Shown: one piece after another, positions 8,379-18,353 of the stretch
Numbering within the stretch: position 1 is the first letter of the stretch
Layout: each line of letters begins with the position of its first letter
Source: Myxococcales bacterium
GTDB taxonomy: Bacteria > Myxococcota_A > Polyangia > Polyangiales > DASUME01
DNA length: 64,000 bases
Assembly (NCBI GenBank): GCA_047601445.1
Contig: JASGJH010000001.1
Location: 6,656,001-6,720,000 of the forward strand
Reading direction: 5' to 3'
The notes under the pieces: model-generated
What the model saw: only the letters and a program-made list of their open reading frames with translations
What the model was told of the DNA's origin: nothing
Database searches by the model: none
Program-made: the position numbers and the translations under genes

Positions 8379-9818
8379 TCAATAAACGCGAGCAAGCACG
8401 AAGTCGGCGCTGCTCGAGCCGGCCAGGTCGAACTCGGGATCGATTACACGTTGGGCGGGGCGGCCGTTGAGCGAGAGGAACGCGTCGGCGTACACGGACA
8501 CGGCGTGCCCCTGGGCCTGGTATTCGCTGGCGAGGTAGCGCGCGAAGGCGCGCACCAACTCGGGATCCTGCGCCATCGCGTGGGTCTGCGAGCGGGTGAG
8601 AAAGCGCTGAGGCAAGACGCGTAGCTCGCTGCCTTGCTGTTGGTCGCGTACGCGGAAACTCACGCTGCCGGCGCGCTCGGCGAGCATCACCTTCCAGGCG
8701 AAGTCGAAGCCGCGGCCGCTCCAGGCAGCGTCCGTGCCCCGCGCGTGCTGGTAGAGCGGCACAGCCAACTGCGTGAGCACGTGCAGGGCGAACAAGGGCT
8801 TGAGCCAGGTGAGCTTCCGCGCCTGTACGTCTGGCAGGTCGCGGCGCGTCGGCGGAAACACGTTGCGCAAGAACCGGCGCGGCCAGTCGGGTGCGAAGAA
8901 AAGCGTGGCAGCGAGCATCATGATCCACGGAAACATGCCGATCGGGAACCACAGCCCGGTGAGCGCGTGGAAGCTGACCAAGGCCGCGTAGGCCCAGGCC
9001 CGTGTGCGGCGCCAGAGCAGGGCAGGCACGATGAAGAGATCGAACGCAGCGCCAGCCCAGCTGAAGGCGAAGGCCACCTTTGGTTCACTCAACCAGGCAC
9101 CGACGAGCGGAAAATCACGCTGTGCCGAGAGCCAGATGCGGAGCGGCTGGGCGTGCAGGAGCCAGTCAGCGTCCAGCTTGGCGATGCCCGCGAACACGTA
9201 GACCACGCCGACCTGCGCGCGCAGGGTCCACAGGCAGAAGGCGGGGATGCTCGCGGCCGTGCGTCCCTTGCGCAGTGCATCGAGCGAGAACGCGTCGGCT
9301 GCGGGCAAGCACGCGAGCAAGAAGCAGAGCAACGAGATCAAGTAGTAGTGATTCAAGTACGTGGAGCGCTCGATCAACTCGAGGTACACGAAGCCGAGCC
9401 CGAACAGCACGCTCGAGGCGCGATAAAACAGCCCGAGCGACATGCAGGCTGCGCACAGCGCGAGCACGCCGAGCGAGAGTTCGAGCCACGGTGCGGGCAA
9501 CGGGCGCACGAAGGAGAGTCCTTCGTAGGTGAAGTGAAATTGGGGTTGTACTAGTTGGGCCGCGAAGAAGCCCTTGAGCCAGAAGCGCACGAGCGCAACG
9601 CACATCACGGCGCCGAAACCCGCCCGAAAGAAGGCCAAAGACGCGATGTCCACGCGCGCGTCGAGCCCAACCTTCCGTGCATGGCGTTCAAGCACTGGGG
9701 CAAAACTGACCTTGTGTGTTCTCGGTTCGATGGCGCTTCGGTGACGTCGTGGAAACGATGACGAACGTGCGACGAACGTGCGCGCAACCAACTGGGGATG
9801 ACGCCAGAGCGCCGTCAA
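8379..9818 (-). CDS. HTTM-domain protein, vitamin K-dependent gamma-glutamyl carboxylase-like
   Basis: YLNHYYL, YVFAGIAKLDADWL, IGMFPWIM, FAWKVML, SLNGRP..IDP motifs and several transmembrane segments. True start is probably near 9700. Confidence 0.87.
   Translation of the reverse strand: MTALWRHPQLVARTFVARSSSFPRRHRSAIEPRTHKVSFAPVLERHARKVGLDARVDIASLAFFRAGFGAVMCVALVRFWLKGFFAAQLVQPQFHFTYEGLSFVRPLPAPWLELSLGVLALCAACMSLGLFYRASSVLFGLGFVYLELIERSTYLNHYYLISLLCFLLACLPAADAFSLDALRKGRTAASIPAFCLWTLRAQVGVVYVFAGIAKLDADWLLHAQPLRIWLSAQRDFPLVGAWLSEPKVAFAFSWAGAAFDLFIVPALLWRRTRAWAYAALVSFHALTGLWFPIGMFPWIMMLAATLFFAPDWPRRFLRNVFPPTRRDLPDVQARKLTWLKPLFALHVLTQLAVPLYQHARGTDAAWSGRGFDFAWKVMLAERAGSVSFRVRDQQQGSELRVLPQRFLTRSQTHAMAQDPELVRAFARYLASEYQAQGHAVSVYADAFLSLNGRPAQRVIDPEFDLAGSSSADFVLARVY
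9760..9781. promoter_or_regulatory. 11-bp tandem direct repeat, candidate response-regulator site
   Basis: GACGAACGTGC twice in tandem between the divergent HTTM and PhoX-like genes. Confidence 0.35.
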
Positions 9819-9893
9819 TTCGCTCCCGAGATGTGACGGTAGATGTCTCGCTCACCCCGTAGATTCCGCGGCACTAAAGGAAGGACCACCAAG

Positions 9894-11717
9894 ATGCGCA
9901 CACGTGACTTGCTCGCGACCGCGATGCTGCTCTCCATGGGCACCGTCGGTTGCGCCGATCTCTCGGGATCAGACGCACAGGACGACAACCAGGAGCAGCT
10001 CGGAACTGCTACCCTCTCGCTCACCAAGGCGCCTGCCGATGCGCAGTGCCTTCGCGTCAGCGTCCAGGGCTCGGCCCGCAGCCTGACCAAGCTTCTGCCC
10101 CTCACGAACGGGCAGTCCTCGATCTTCCGCCTGGAAGGTCTCCCCGTCGGCCTCACCTCGTTCACCGGTGAAGCCTTCAACGCTCCCTGTGCTGGCGTGT
10201 TCACGAACTCCGTGCGCAGCTGGTACAGCGAGCCCGTGCAGGCCCAGGTGAAGGTCTCGCCCGCGGTGCACGTGGTGCTCGAGATGATCCGCAACGGCCG
10301 CGCCGAAGTCGCCGTCGACTTCAACGACACGAACGGCCCCAAGTCCGATCCGGCCGCCGCAGAGCTGCCCGGCGTGACCTCCTCGCAGACGCCCTACCTG
10401 GTCCCCGTGGCCGCGGGCGTGCAGATCAAGGCGCTGCTCACGGTGGGTGACGCCGTGGGTCTCAAGCCCGACGGCGTGACACCCTACCGCATGGTGGGCA
10501 TCCCCGACGGCCTTGGTGCCTTCGAGAACGGCGACGGCACCTTCACGCTGCTGTCGAACCACGAGATCAGCACCGGTGGCATCGTGCGCGCCCACGGCGG
10601 CACGGGCGCGTTCGTGTCCAAGTGGCGCATTCGTCAGTCCGACAAGGCCGTGCTCTCGGGCTCCGACGTGATCCAGACGGTGATGCTCTGGGACAGCACC
10701 CTCAATGCGCACGTGGCGTCCGCCACGCCCGTGAACTTCGCCCGCTTCTGCTCCGCTGACCTCCCGCTCACCAGCGCGTTCTACGACGCGGTCAGCGGTC
10801 TCGGGACCGAGCAGCGCTTCTTCCTCAACGGTGAAGAGTCCGGCGCCGAAGGCAAGCCCATGGCCCACGGCCTCGACGGCGTGAGCTACGAGATCGCCCG
10901 TCTCGGCAACGCCTCCTGGGAAAACCTGCTCGCCAACCCCGCCACCGGCATCCGCACTGTGATCGCCGGTACGGACGACGGCGACGGTGGCCAAGTGGTG
11001 TTCTACGTCGGCGACAAGACCAACACCGGCACCCCCGCCGACAAGGCCGGTCTCACCAACGGCCTGCTCTACGCAGTGGCCGTGCCCGGCATCGACGCCG
11101 AGTCCGACGCGACCGGCATCGCCGCCAATCGCTTCGAGATGGTGGAACTCGGCGACGTGTCCGGCATGACCGGCGCCCAGGTGGAAGCGGCCCACGACGC
11201 GCTGCACTCCATGAACTTCCAGCGTCCCGAAGACGGCGCCTGGGATCCCGTCAACCCCAACGACTTCTACTTCAACACCACGGCCAGCTTCACGGGTCAC
11301 AGCCGCCTCTGGCGCCTGCGCTTCGACGACGTGAACTCGCCTGAGCTCGGCGGCAAGATCGAGATGCTGCTCGACGGCACCGAGGGCTTCAAGATGCTCG
11401 ACAACCTCACGATCGACCGCCGGGGTCACGTGTTGTTGGTCGAGGACGTCGGCAACAACGCCTACATCGGTCGCGTGCTGCGCTACGACATCGCCACGGA
11501 CACCCTCACCGTGCTCGCTCAGCACGACCCGAACCGCTTCGTCACCGGCGCCGCTGGCTTCCTCACGCAGGATGAAGAGGCTTCCGGCATCGTGGACGCC
11601 TCCGACGTGCTCGGCGAGGGCTGGTTCCTCGTGGACACGCAGGCCCACTACGGCACGGACGCGGAGCTCGTGGAAGGCGGCCAGTTCATGGCCATCTACG
11701 ACCCGGGTTCGCTCTGA
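9894..11717 (+). CDS. PhoX/DUF839-like alkaline phosphatase lipoprotein
   Basis: Lipobox TVGC; PDGLGA, NHE, RFCSA, GEE, WEN, RPEDGAWDP, DNLT, EASG, QAH, VEGGQ motifs. Confidence 0.8.
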   Translation: MRTRDLLATAMLLSMGTVGCADLSGSDAQDDNQEQLGTATLSLTKAPADAQCLRVSVQGSARSLTKLLPLTNGQSSIFRLEGLPVGLTSFTGEAFNAPCAGVFTNSVRSWYSEPVQAQVKVSPAVHVVLEMIRNGRAEVAVDFNDTNGPKSDPAAAELPGVTSSQTPYLVPVAAGVQIKALLTVGDAVGLKPDGVTPYRMVGIPDGLGAFENGDGTFTLLSNHEISTGGIVRAHGGTGAFVSKWRIRQSDKAVLSGSDVIQTVMLWDSTLNAHVASATPVNFARFCSADLPLTSAFYDAVSGLGTEQRFFLNGEESGAEGKPMAHGLDGVSYEIARLGNASWENLLANPATGIRTVIAGTDDGDGGQVVFYVGDKTNTGTPADKAGLTNGLLYAVAVPGIDAESDATGIAANRFEMVELGDVSGMTGAQVEAAHDALHSMNFQRPEDGAWDPVNPNDFYFNTTASFTGHSRLWRLRFDDVNSPELGGKIEMLLDGTEGFKMLDNLTIDRRGHVLLVEDVGNNAYIGRVLRYDIATDTLTVLAQHDPNRFVTGAAGFLTQDEEASGIVDASDVLGEGWFLVDTQAHYGTDAELVEGGQFMAIYDPGSL

Positions 11718-11764
11718 GCTGCTAGCCGGCTCGATCACCCCGCAAAAGCGTGGGTAGCCCAACG

Positions 11765-11801
11765 ATCCCGCTCGAGTCTCGACTCGGGCGGGATTTTTTT
11801 T
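11765..11801 (+). terminator. Rho-independent terminator
   Basis: ATCCCGCTCGAGTC / GACTCGGGCGGGAT stem followed by a T-run. Confidence 0.88.
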
Positions 11802-11826
11802 CGGTGGGCAGCGAGTTAGGCCGGGC

Positions 11827-12366
11827 ATGCGGGCGTCAGTGAAAGCTCGTCGGAGCTCGGCGTTGATGGGTTTTGGCCTGTTGATGTGCTCCTTCGCGCT
11901 GGGCCCGCTGAGCATGGGCCACGCTGAGTCCTCGGAGCCGAGCCACTCTGAAACGGTCCAGGCCAGAGAGACCCTGCGCCTGCGGATGGCCCACGACCGC
12001 CTCGCTGCGCGCGGCCTACGCTTGCAGGCTCCGGCGCTCACGATCGGTGCGGGCGTCGCCAGCATCGTGGGCGGGGCCGTGCTCGTGATTTTTTCCGGCG
12101 CTGGATACGATCCACCCGCCGGTTGCGACGGAGCTTGCGAGGGGTCCGAGTTCTCCCGTGCGCGCTTTGGCGCCGGGATCGGGCTGTTGACGCTCGGCGC
12201 AGCCGCGGTCGTGGTCGGCCTCCCCATGTTCGTGGTGCGGGTCGCACGTCGCCGCCGCATCCACACGCTGGAGCGGCTGCTGAGCGAACGCGGTGTCGAC
12301 CTGGCGCTCGCACCGCACTTCGCACCACGCGAGCAGGTCGGGCTCTCCGCCCGTCTGCGCTTCTGA
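11827..12366 (+). CDS. Exported/membrane hypothetical protein
   Basis: Signal peptide, two hydrophobic segments, C-terminal Phe (LSARLRF). Confidence 0.6.
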   Translation: MRASVKARRSSALMGFGLLMCSFALGPLSMGHAESSEPSHSETVQARETLRLRMAHDRLAARGLRLQAPALTIGAGVASIVGGAVLVIFSGAGYDPPAGCDGACEGSEFSRARFGAGIGLLTLGAAAVVVGLPMFVVRVARRRRIHTLERLLSERGVDLALAPHFAPREQVGLSARLRF

Positions 12367-12369
12367 GCC

Positions 12370-13053
12370 CTACTGGACCGTGCCGCGACCCTGGGTGTTC
12401 TGGGTCTCGAGCTGTCCCAGCACCGTGGCCACGTAACCGGTGAGGCGCTTCACGCGTTCGGCCACGTCGAGCGTGTCGAGGATGTCCTGGCGTGCGTTCG
12501 GATCGGCCAGTAGTCGGTCGGCCAGGGTGTCGGCCACCTGTTGGGGCGGATCGTCTGGCTGGACGCCCAGACTGAAGTCGGGGTGCTGCCGGCGTACCAT
12601 GGCTGCTACCAACGAGGCGGTGGAGAGCAGGGTGGTCATGGCGTCGCGGCTGACGCGGTCCGTTCCACGCTTGGCCTCGAGGTGGTCCACACGCGCCCGG
12701 CGGAACGTCACCTCGCCCATGGGCAGCTCGTGCAAACGTGCCCGAAACAGGCCACGCAGCACCAAGTTGTAGCGGCCGTCGGCGAGCTCCTCGTGCTTCT
12801 CGATCTTCCCAACCGTGCAGATCTCATGCATCGGGGGGCAGCCGTCGTAATTTGCCTCATAGCCCGGTTTGAGCAGCGTGACGGCCATCACCATGCGGTC
12901 GGACTCGATGCAGGAGCGCATCATGGCGCGATAGCGAGGCTCGAAGATGTGCAGCGGCAGCTGGGTGCCCGGGAAGAACACCACGTTGGGCAAGGGAAAA
13001 ACGGGAATTTCGGCCAGCCAATCCAGTGGCAGGTAGGTGCTCGAGGAAGACAT
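12370..13053 (-). CDS. Lon protease N-terminal (substrate-binding) domain protein
   Basis: PVFPLPNVVFFPG, LPLHIFEPRYRAM, DGRYN; no ATPase or protease domain. Confidence 0.88.
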   Translation of the reverse strand: MSSSSTYLPLDWLAEIPVFPLPNVVFFPGTQLPLHIFEPRYRAMMRSCIESDRMVMAVTLLKPGYEANYDGCPPMHEICTVGKIEKHEELADGRYNLVLRGLFRARLHELPMGEVTFRRARVDHLEAKRGTDRVSRDAMTTLLSTASLVAAMVRRQHPDFSLGVQPDDPPQQVADTLADRLLADPNARQDILDTLDVAERVKRLTGYVATVLGQLETQNTQGRGTVQ

Positions 13054-13365
13054 GGTGACCGGGCTCGCTTCGAATGCCGAGGGCGATGACCATAGCCTCC
13101 AGGCTAGTGCTGGGTCAAACCGGCCCCGCGTCCCGGCCGTCCGAATCTCGGAGCCGAGCGTTCGGTGTGATTTCAGGCAACCGGTCCGGCGCGGGGACGA
13201 TAGAAGAGCACCACCGCGCTTGCCCTTCCGAACGAGGCTGTCAAAAGGGGGAGCGCGAGCGATTGGGCAAGGGGGCACCCGCGTGGGTCGTGCCTCCGAC
13301 TCCACGGACGCAGGCAGCGGCGGCCGCTTTGGAGGTACTCTGCGCGGCAGATAGGGAGAGGTTCG

Positions 13366-13746
13366 ATGAGCTCATCGATTCGTCCGCCAGGGGGATCCCC
13401 CCCGACCCCAACACCGGGTGGACCCGGAGAGTCGTCGCGGATTCGAGGGGCCGAGGCCGCAGAGCCCACGCGCCCCGCGGGAGGGGTCGACCAGGCGAGC
13501 CAGGTCGGAAGCACGCAGCAAGGGGCAGCGGCAGGCGGTGCCGAGTCGGCCACGGCGCGCTGGATTCGCAGGCTCGAGGCCGGAGAGGTCACGCGAACGG
13601 AAGCCATCGAAGGACTCGTGGCCCAGGCCGTGGAGCAGCGCGGGGGCCAGCGCCTGAGTCCTGCCGTGCGCGCGGAGCTCGAAGGGGTGCTGCGCGCCGC
13701 GTTGCTGGGGGATCCAGTGCTCGGCCGGTTGCTCGGAGGGCCATGA
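13366..13746 (+). CDS. Small hypothetical protein
   Basis: GGAG ribosome-binding site; ATGA overlap with the next gene. Confidence 0.6.
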   Translation: MSSSIRPPGGSPPTPTPGGPGESSRIRGAEAAEPTRPAGGVDQASQVGSTQQGAAAGGAESATARWIRRLEAGEVTRTEAIEGLVAQAVEQRGGQRLSPAVRAELEGVLRAALLGDPVLGRLLGGP

Positions 13747-15113
13747 ACCACGGCGCTGCCAGACCGCAGTACCGTGTCTCGATGAGCTACGGCGGGCTCG
13801 GGTCAAAGCGTGCTCTGCAGCTGGGACGCGTGGCGCTGGTCGCCGCGTGGGGCCTGTTGCTGGGGCCGCTGGCGGTCGCGCGCGCCGAGGCGGTGCCGGT
13901 GTACATCACGGCCAAGGCCGCCGATCCCGAGCTCAAGCTCGAGGCGCTCGAGGTGGCGGCCCTGGCGCGTGCGGCCTTGCTCGAGGCCCAGGGCTTCGAT
14001 TGGCAGACGGCGGACAGCCGCGTGCGCGGTGCCCAGAGCGTGGCTCGCGCGGCCCAAAAACGCGCGCTTGCGGGGCTGCGGCGCGGTCGCCAGGCCTACC
14101 TCAAGCTCGAGCTCGATGCCGCAGTGGCCGACTTCCGCGCCGCGCTCATCGACTGGGGCGCCGCGCAGCCGGTGCTCGATAGCCCGGAGCCCGTGGCAGA
14201 GACTCTGATGTATTTGGGCGCCTGTCACGTGCTGGCCGACGACCGCGAGCGCGCGGCGGAGGTGTTCACCCGCTACCACCAGCAGTTCGCGACGGTGCGC
14301 CCCAATTCCGGCCTGTTCAACCCGGCGATCATGCAGCAATGGGAGGCGGCCGGCGCGGCGCTGCGCAAGCGCCCCACGGGCACCCTCGATGTTCGTGTGA
14401 AGCCCGCCAGCGCAGTCGTCAGCGTGGACGGCCTGGCGCGCGGCACGGGCAATACGCGGGTCCCTCAGGTGCCGCCGGGCCGCCACTGGGTGCGCGGCGC
14501 GGGCCTGGGCAGTGAGGGTCGCACGCTCGAGGTGGTGGTCGAATCGGGCCGTGTGGCCAGCGCAAACCTGGGAGAACTGAGCGACAGCGCGGTGCTCCTG
14601 GACCTGTTCGAGCACGCCTCGAGCCCCAAGGGCGCGCAGGCGCTCGCGCAGGAGCTCGGCGTGCGGGCACTCGGGGTCATCGAGGTGCGTCGGGGCGAGA
14701 AACCAGGCGAGCTCGCGCTCGATTTGCGCAGCTTCGAGGGCGAGAGCGGGCGTGAGCAGGCGGCCTTCCAGCGGGTCCTCACGGGGGCTTTGGTCGAGCG
14801 CTCCCAGGCCATGCGCGGACTCGTCGCGGCCTGGCTCGACCGCGTGCTGAACGACGCGCCCCACGCGCCGCGTCCGGTCGCCCGGACCAGCGCGACCCGG
14901 CAGGCGACGCCGGCCGTTGCCATGGTGCCGCCAACGAGCGAGCGCAGCCGGCACGACGAGGCCAAGCCCGTCTGGTATCGCCGTTGGTGGGTCTGGGCCA
15001 TCGCCGGTGGCGCGCTGGCGGCCGGGGCCATCACCACCGCCTTGGTCGTCCAGAATCGTGACGACGCGCCCCCCGCGCCCTCCGACAAGGGCACCCTGGT
15101 GCTGCAGTTCTGA
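13743..15113 (+). CDS. TPR plus PEGA-domain exported protein
   Basis: PEGA-like GTLDVRVKPASAVVSVDG...PPGRHWVR; PVWYRRWWVWAIAGG transmembrane motif. Confidence 0.75.
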   Translation: MNHGAARPQYRVSMSYGGLGSKRALQLGRVALVAAWGLLLGPLAVARAEAVPVYITAKAADPELKLEALEVAALARAALLEAQGFDWQTADSRVRGAQSVARAAQKRALAGLRRGRQAYLKLELDAAVADFRAALIDWGAAQPVLDSPEPVAETLMYLGACHVLADDRERAAEVFTRYHQQFATVRPNSGLFNPAIMQQWEAAGAALRKRPTGTLDVRVKPASAVVSVDGLARGTGNTRVPQVPPGRHWVRGAGLGSEGRTLEVVVESGRVASANLGELSDSAVLLDLFEHASSPKGAQALAQELGVRALGVIEVRRGEKPGELALDLRSFEGESGREQAAFQRVLTGALVERSQAMRGLVAAWLDRVLNDAPHAPRPVARTSATRQATPAVAMVPPTSERSRHDEAKPVWYRRWWVWAIAGGALAAGAITTALVVQNRDDAPPAPSDKGTLVLQF

Positions 15114-15133
15114 CCCCGAAACGGGGACTCGAC

Positions 15134-15739
15134 TCAGTGCAGAAGGCCGCTCTGCTTGCGGTCCCGCAGGGCTGCGTAGACCTCGGGGCCGAAGCGTCGG
15201 GCCAGCTCGTTTTGCGCGATGGCGCGCTCCACCAGGAGCACCACCACCTGCTCGATGACCTCGAAGCGCACGGCGAGCCGGAAATAGTCGTCGGGGCTCA
15301 CATCACCGGTGCGCTCCAGGGCTTCGCGCACGAGCGGCTCCTCCTCCTTGAGCAGGGAGAGGTTGCTGCCATAGCCCTCGGTCTCGGACTGCACCACGGC
15401 CTCGAGCGCGATGCCGATGGGGTTGAAGGCGAGAAAACAGCGCTCGAACTCCAGGCGGCACTCGCTGAATTCGTCGCTTTCCCAGTGCCAGCGGCTCGGT
15501 CCGAGCTGCCGACGCACGACCTCGCCGAAGTAGGCCCCGGCTGCCGGGGCGACCAGACCCAGGATCTCCTCCTGCGACACGCCGTGGGCTCCTCGCAGAT
15601 AGTGATCGAGGATGGGCAGGGTGTCCGGGGTGTAGTCCAGCTCGATTCCCAGGGTCCGCTGAACGAAGCGCACACAGGAATCTGCGAGGTCGAGTACCAC
15701 CGACGGGGCCTCGGTGTCATCGGCAGCTTCGTTCGCCAT
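15134..15739 (-). CDS. Conserved hypothetical protein
   Basis: LDYTPDTLPILDHYL, AGAYFGEVVRR, FNPIG; GC-biased third codon positions. Confidence 0.7.
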   Translation of the reverse strand: MANEAADDTEAPSVVLDLADSCVRFVQRTLGIELDYTPDTLPILDHYLRGAHGVSQEEILGLVAPAAGAYFGEVVRRQLGPSRWHWESDEFSECRLEFERCFLAFNPIGIALEAVVQSETEGYGSNLSLLKEEEPLVREALERTGDVSPDDYFRLAVRFEVIEQVVVLLVERAIAQNELARRFGPEVYAALRDRKQSGLLH

Positions 15740-15817
15740 ATCCGTCCCAGCATAGCGCAGCGAGGCACAGGTCGCGCATAATGGCGCGGGGCCAAGGGAC
15801 AGGGGCCCGGGAGGCGC

Positions 15818-18292
15818 ATGGTCAGCGAGCAGGGGGCACGGCGGGGTAGTGGAGACGAGGGCCCCTACCAGGGCGCGCTCGGGCGAACTCGCGCGGAGAC
15901 CGTTCAGGTCTGGATGCCTGACGGCAAGGTGCGCGCGCTTTCCGTCTACGTGGGCGTGGACCGCTCCACCGATGCCGGGCTCGCGACGCTGGCGCGCTCG
16001 GGGGCACTCCATCACGTCGCCGAGGGAGTCGCGCTGGCCGTTCCATTCGTCTTTCATGATCCGGCGGCCCGCATGTTCTTGCTGGTGGTGCCGGAGGCGC
16101 TGCGACACCAGGCGCTCGCTCTGCGCGCGCAGTGGATGACGCGCCTGGCGTCCGACTCCGAGCACGCCGTGCCGAGCTACGTGCGCGACGTCGAAGTGGT
16201 GATCGGACATCAAGCGCTGGCGGCGCGCCTGGACGGTACGCTCGCGGTCTCGACGGCCGAGCTTCCGGATCCGGCCCTGTGGAGCGCGGCGCGCAGTGAG
16301 GCGCTCGAGGAGCGCGAGCGTGAAATCGCGCGGCGTGAGCGCGTCCTGGCATTGCGGGAAGAGGCGCTGCGCGTGCCGTCGCGCGCGGTGGAGGACACCG
16401 AGCTCGAAGAGGTCGACGACGACAGTACGCTCGCCTACGAGCGCGCCGTGGTGGAGGCGGAGCTCGAGGGCAATGCCGACGACGAATTCGAGAGCGTGGA
16501 CGCCGCGGCCGAAGACGAGCACGTGGTGGACGACGCCGACGACCAGGTGGAAGAGGTCGAGGACATCGAGGCCGAGTCGGTGGCGGTGGCTGAAGACGAT
16601 GGCAGCTACGACGACGACCTCGACGCCGTCGCGGGCGAGAGCACCACGGTGAGCGCCCTCGTCATCGACGACCGCCGTCTGTTCGCGGCGCCCGGCATCG
16701 AGAGTATCGGCGTCGCGCCCGAAGCCTTCGTGAACGATCCCGAGGTGCAGCTGTTCTTGAGCTGCATCGCCGGGCGCGTGTGGCTCTTCGTGCGCGGACG
16801 CCCGCCGTTCTTGCCCGCTGGCGCCGAGCTCGAGCTCCTCGTGCAGATCGATCCCAGCGCGGACGTGCTGGTGCCCCTCGTGACGCTGGTGTTCGACACC
16901 ATGGGCTCACCCGAGGTGCGCCGCGGTGTGGTCGACTGCATCGATCCCGAGCAGCGCGAGGCCCTGCGCGCGCTCGGGCGCGCCTTCGTGGTCGAGCTGG
17001 TGTCCTGGTCCCCCGACGGCAGTCTCGACCACTGGGCCACCCTCGAGGCACCCCGAGAGGCCAACGCGCGCGCCATCGTGGCCGCCCTCGAGGATCGACC
17101 CGAGCTGAGCCCCGCCCGCTTCCGCGGAGCCGGTGAGCGCCTGTTGGCCGCACCTCCTGCCTGGCGCGACCTCACCCATCCCTTCCAGTCCGATCGCGAC
17201 ATCGACCCGCCACTGACGGCCACCGAAGCGGCCGTGCTGCTCGACGAGCTCTCGGACTGGCTCACCCCCGAGCGGCGCGAGCGCGTGCGCCTCTCCCTCT
17301 GCGTGCCGGACGAGGTGGTGGATGAGCGCACCGTGCAGAGCCTGAATTACGCCCTGGACTGGGGCCTGGCCTTGCCGCCCCTGCTGGCCGAGCGCGCTCT
17401 GGCGCTGGGGGTCGCGGCCGACGAGGCCAGCCTCCTGATGCGGCGGATCGCGGGCCTCACCCGTACCTCGCGGGAGGTCGAGCTGGGCGGCCTCGAGGCC
17501 ACCGTGCTGCACCGTATGTGGTCGGAAGCATTGGAGCAGGCGGCCCGGCTCGGGGTGCCGCTCTCGGAAGACGCCCTGGGGGCCGCCAAGTTGCACGGCG
17601 GCGAGCGCGCACAGGTCCACGCCGACGCCCTGGCGCCCAGCCATGACCCGGACCTCGAGCCCCTGCGCGAGGAGCTGAGCGCTGCCGAACCCGACCCCGC
17701 GGTGCTGAGCGATCTGATGGCCCGCGGTGGCTATCGCGACCTCATCGACGCCTGCCGCGCGTCCGAGCGGCTGAGTCCCGAGGCCGCCGCCCGCCTGTTC
17801 GCGCAGGCCGCCCGCCGGCCCGACTCGGTGGCGGCCGATGCCCTGCTGTCCATGCTCACTTTGGCCGAACCCCTGCGGGTCCGGGCAGGTGCCGCCCTGG
17901 CGCTGGCGGAGCGCCGCTCAAGCGTAGCCATCGACGAATTGGCCCTGCGCGTCGCCAACGAGAGTGACGACGATTGGCCCATCTTCGCACGCGCCCTGGG
18001 GCGCTACGGCGCGGGCAGTTTCCGAGCAATTGCGCGCGCCCTCACCGAACACGCGGTTCCAGACGAGCGTTCGGTGCTCGTGCTCGCACACCTGGCGTTA
18101 CATGGCGCGCGCTCCCAGGTTCGTGCGAAAACCCGTGTAGAAGACGCCCATGAGGCCCAGCTCGCGACGCGCGCGCTGACCGTTGCCGGTGAGCTAAAGG
18201 GCGGAAAAAACCCAGGTCTAGGCCTTGAGCAGCAAGCCGCGTTGACAGTATTCTCCGAACTATTCGATCGCAGCCCACGCGACGCCGTATGA
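15818..18292 (+). CDS. Large hypothetical protein with acidic linker and helical-repeat C-terminus
   Basis: 824-aa ORF with host-like codon usage, a coiled segment and a D/E-rich stretch. Confidence 0.7.
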   Translation: MVSEQGARRGSGDEGPYQGALGRTRAETVQVWMPDGKVRALSVYVGVDRSTDAGLATLARSGALHHVAEGVALAVPFVFHDPAARMFLLVVPEALRHQALALRAQWMTRLASDSEHAVPSYVRDVEVVIGHQALAARLDGTLAVSTAELPDPALWSAARSEALEEREREIARRERVLALREEALRVPSRAVEDTELEEVDDDSTLAYERAVVEAELEGNADDEFESVDAAAEDEHVVDDADDQVEEVEDIEAESVAVAEDDGSYDDDLDAVAGESTTVSALVIDDRRLFAAPGIESIGVAPEAFVNDPEVQLFLSCIAGRVWLFVRGRPPFLPAGAELELLVQIDPSADVLVPLVTLVFDTMGSPEVRRGVVDCIDPEQREALRALGRAFVVELVSWSPDGSLDHWATLEAPREANARAIVAALEDRPELSPARFRGAGERLLAAPPAWRDLTHPFQSDRDIDPPLTATEAAVLLDELSDWLTPERRERVRLSLCVPDEVVDERTVQSLNYALDWGLALPPLLAERALALGVAADEASLLMRRIAGLTRTSREVELGGLEATVLHRMWSEALEQAARLGVPLSEDALGAAKLHGGERAQVHADALAPSHDPDLEPLREELSAAEPDPAVLSDLMARGGYRDLIDACRASERLSPEAAARLFAQAARRPDSVAADALLSMLTLAEPLRVRAGAALALAERRSSVAIDELALRVANESDDDWPIFARALGRYGAGSFRAIARALTEHAVPDERSVLVLAHLALHGARSQVRAKTRVEDAHEAQLATRALTVAGELKGGKNPGLGLEQQAALTVFSELFDRSPRDAV

Positions 18293-18353
18293 TGGTGTAG
18301 TAGGCGTCGACAGAGCTACGTGGGTAGCCTAAGAAGGGAGCACTCAAGCACCT

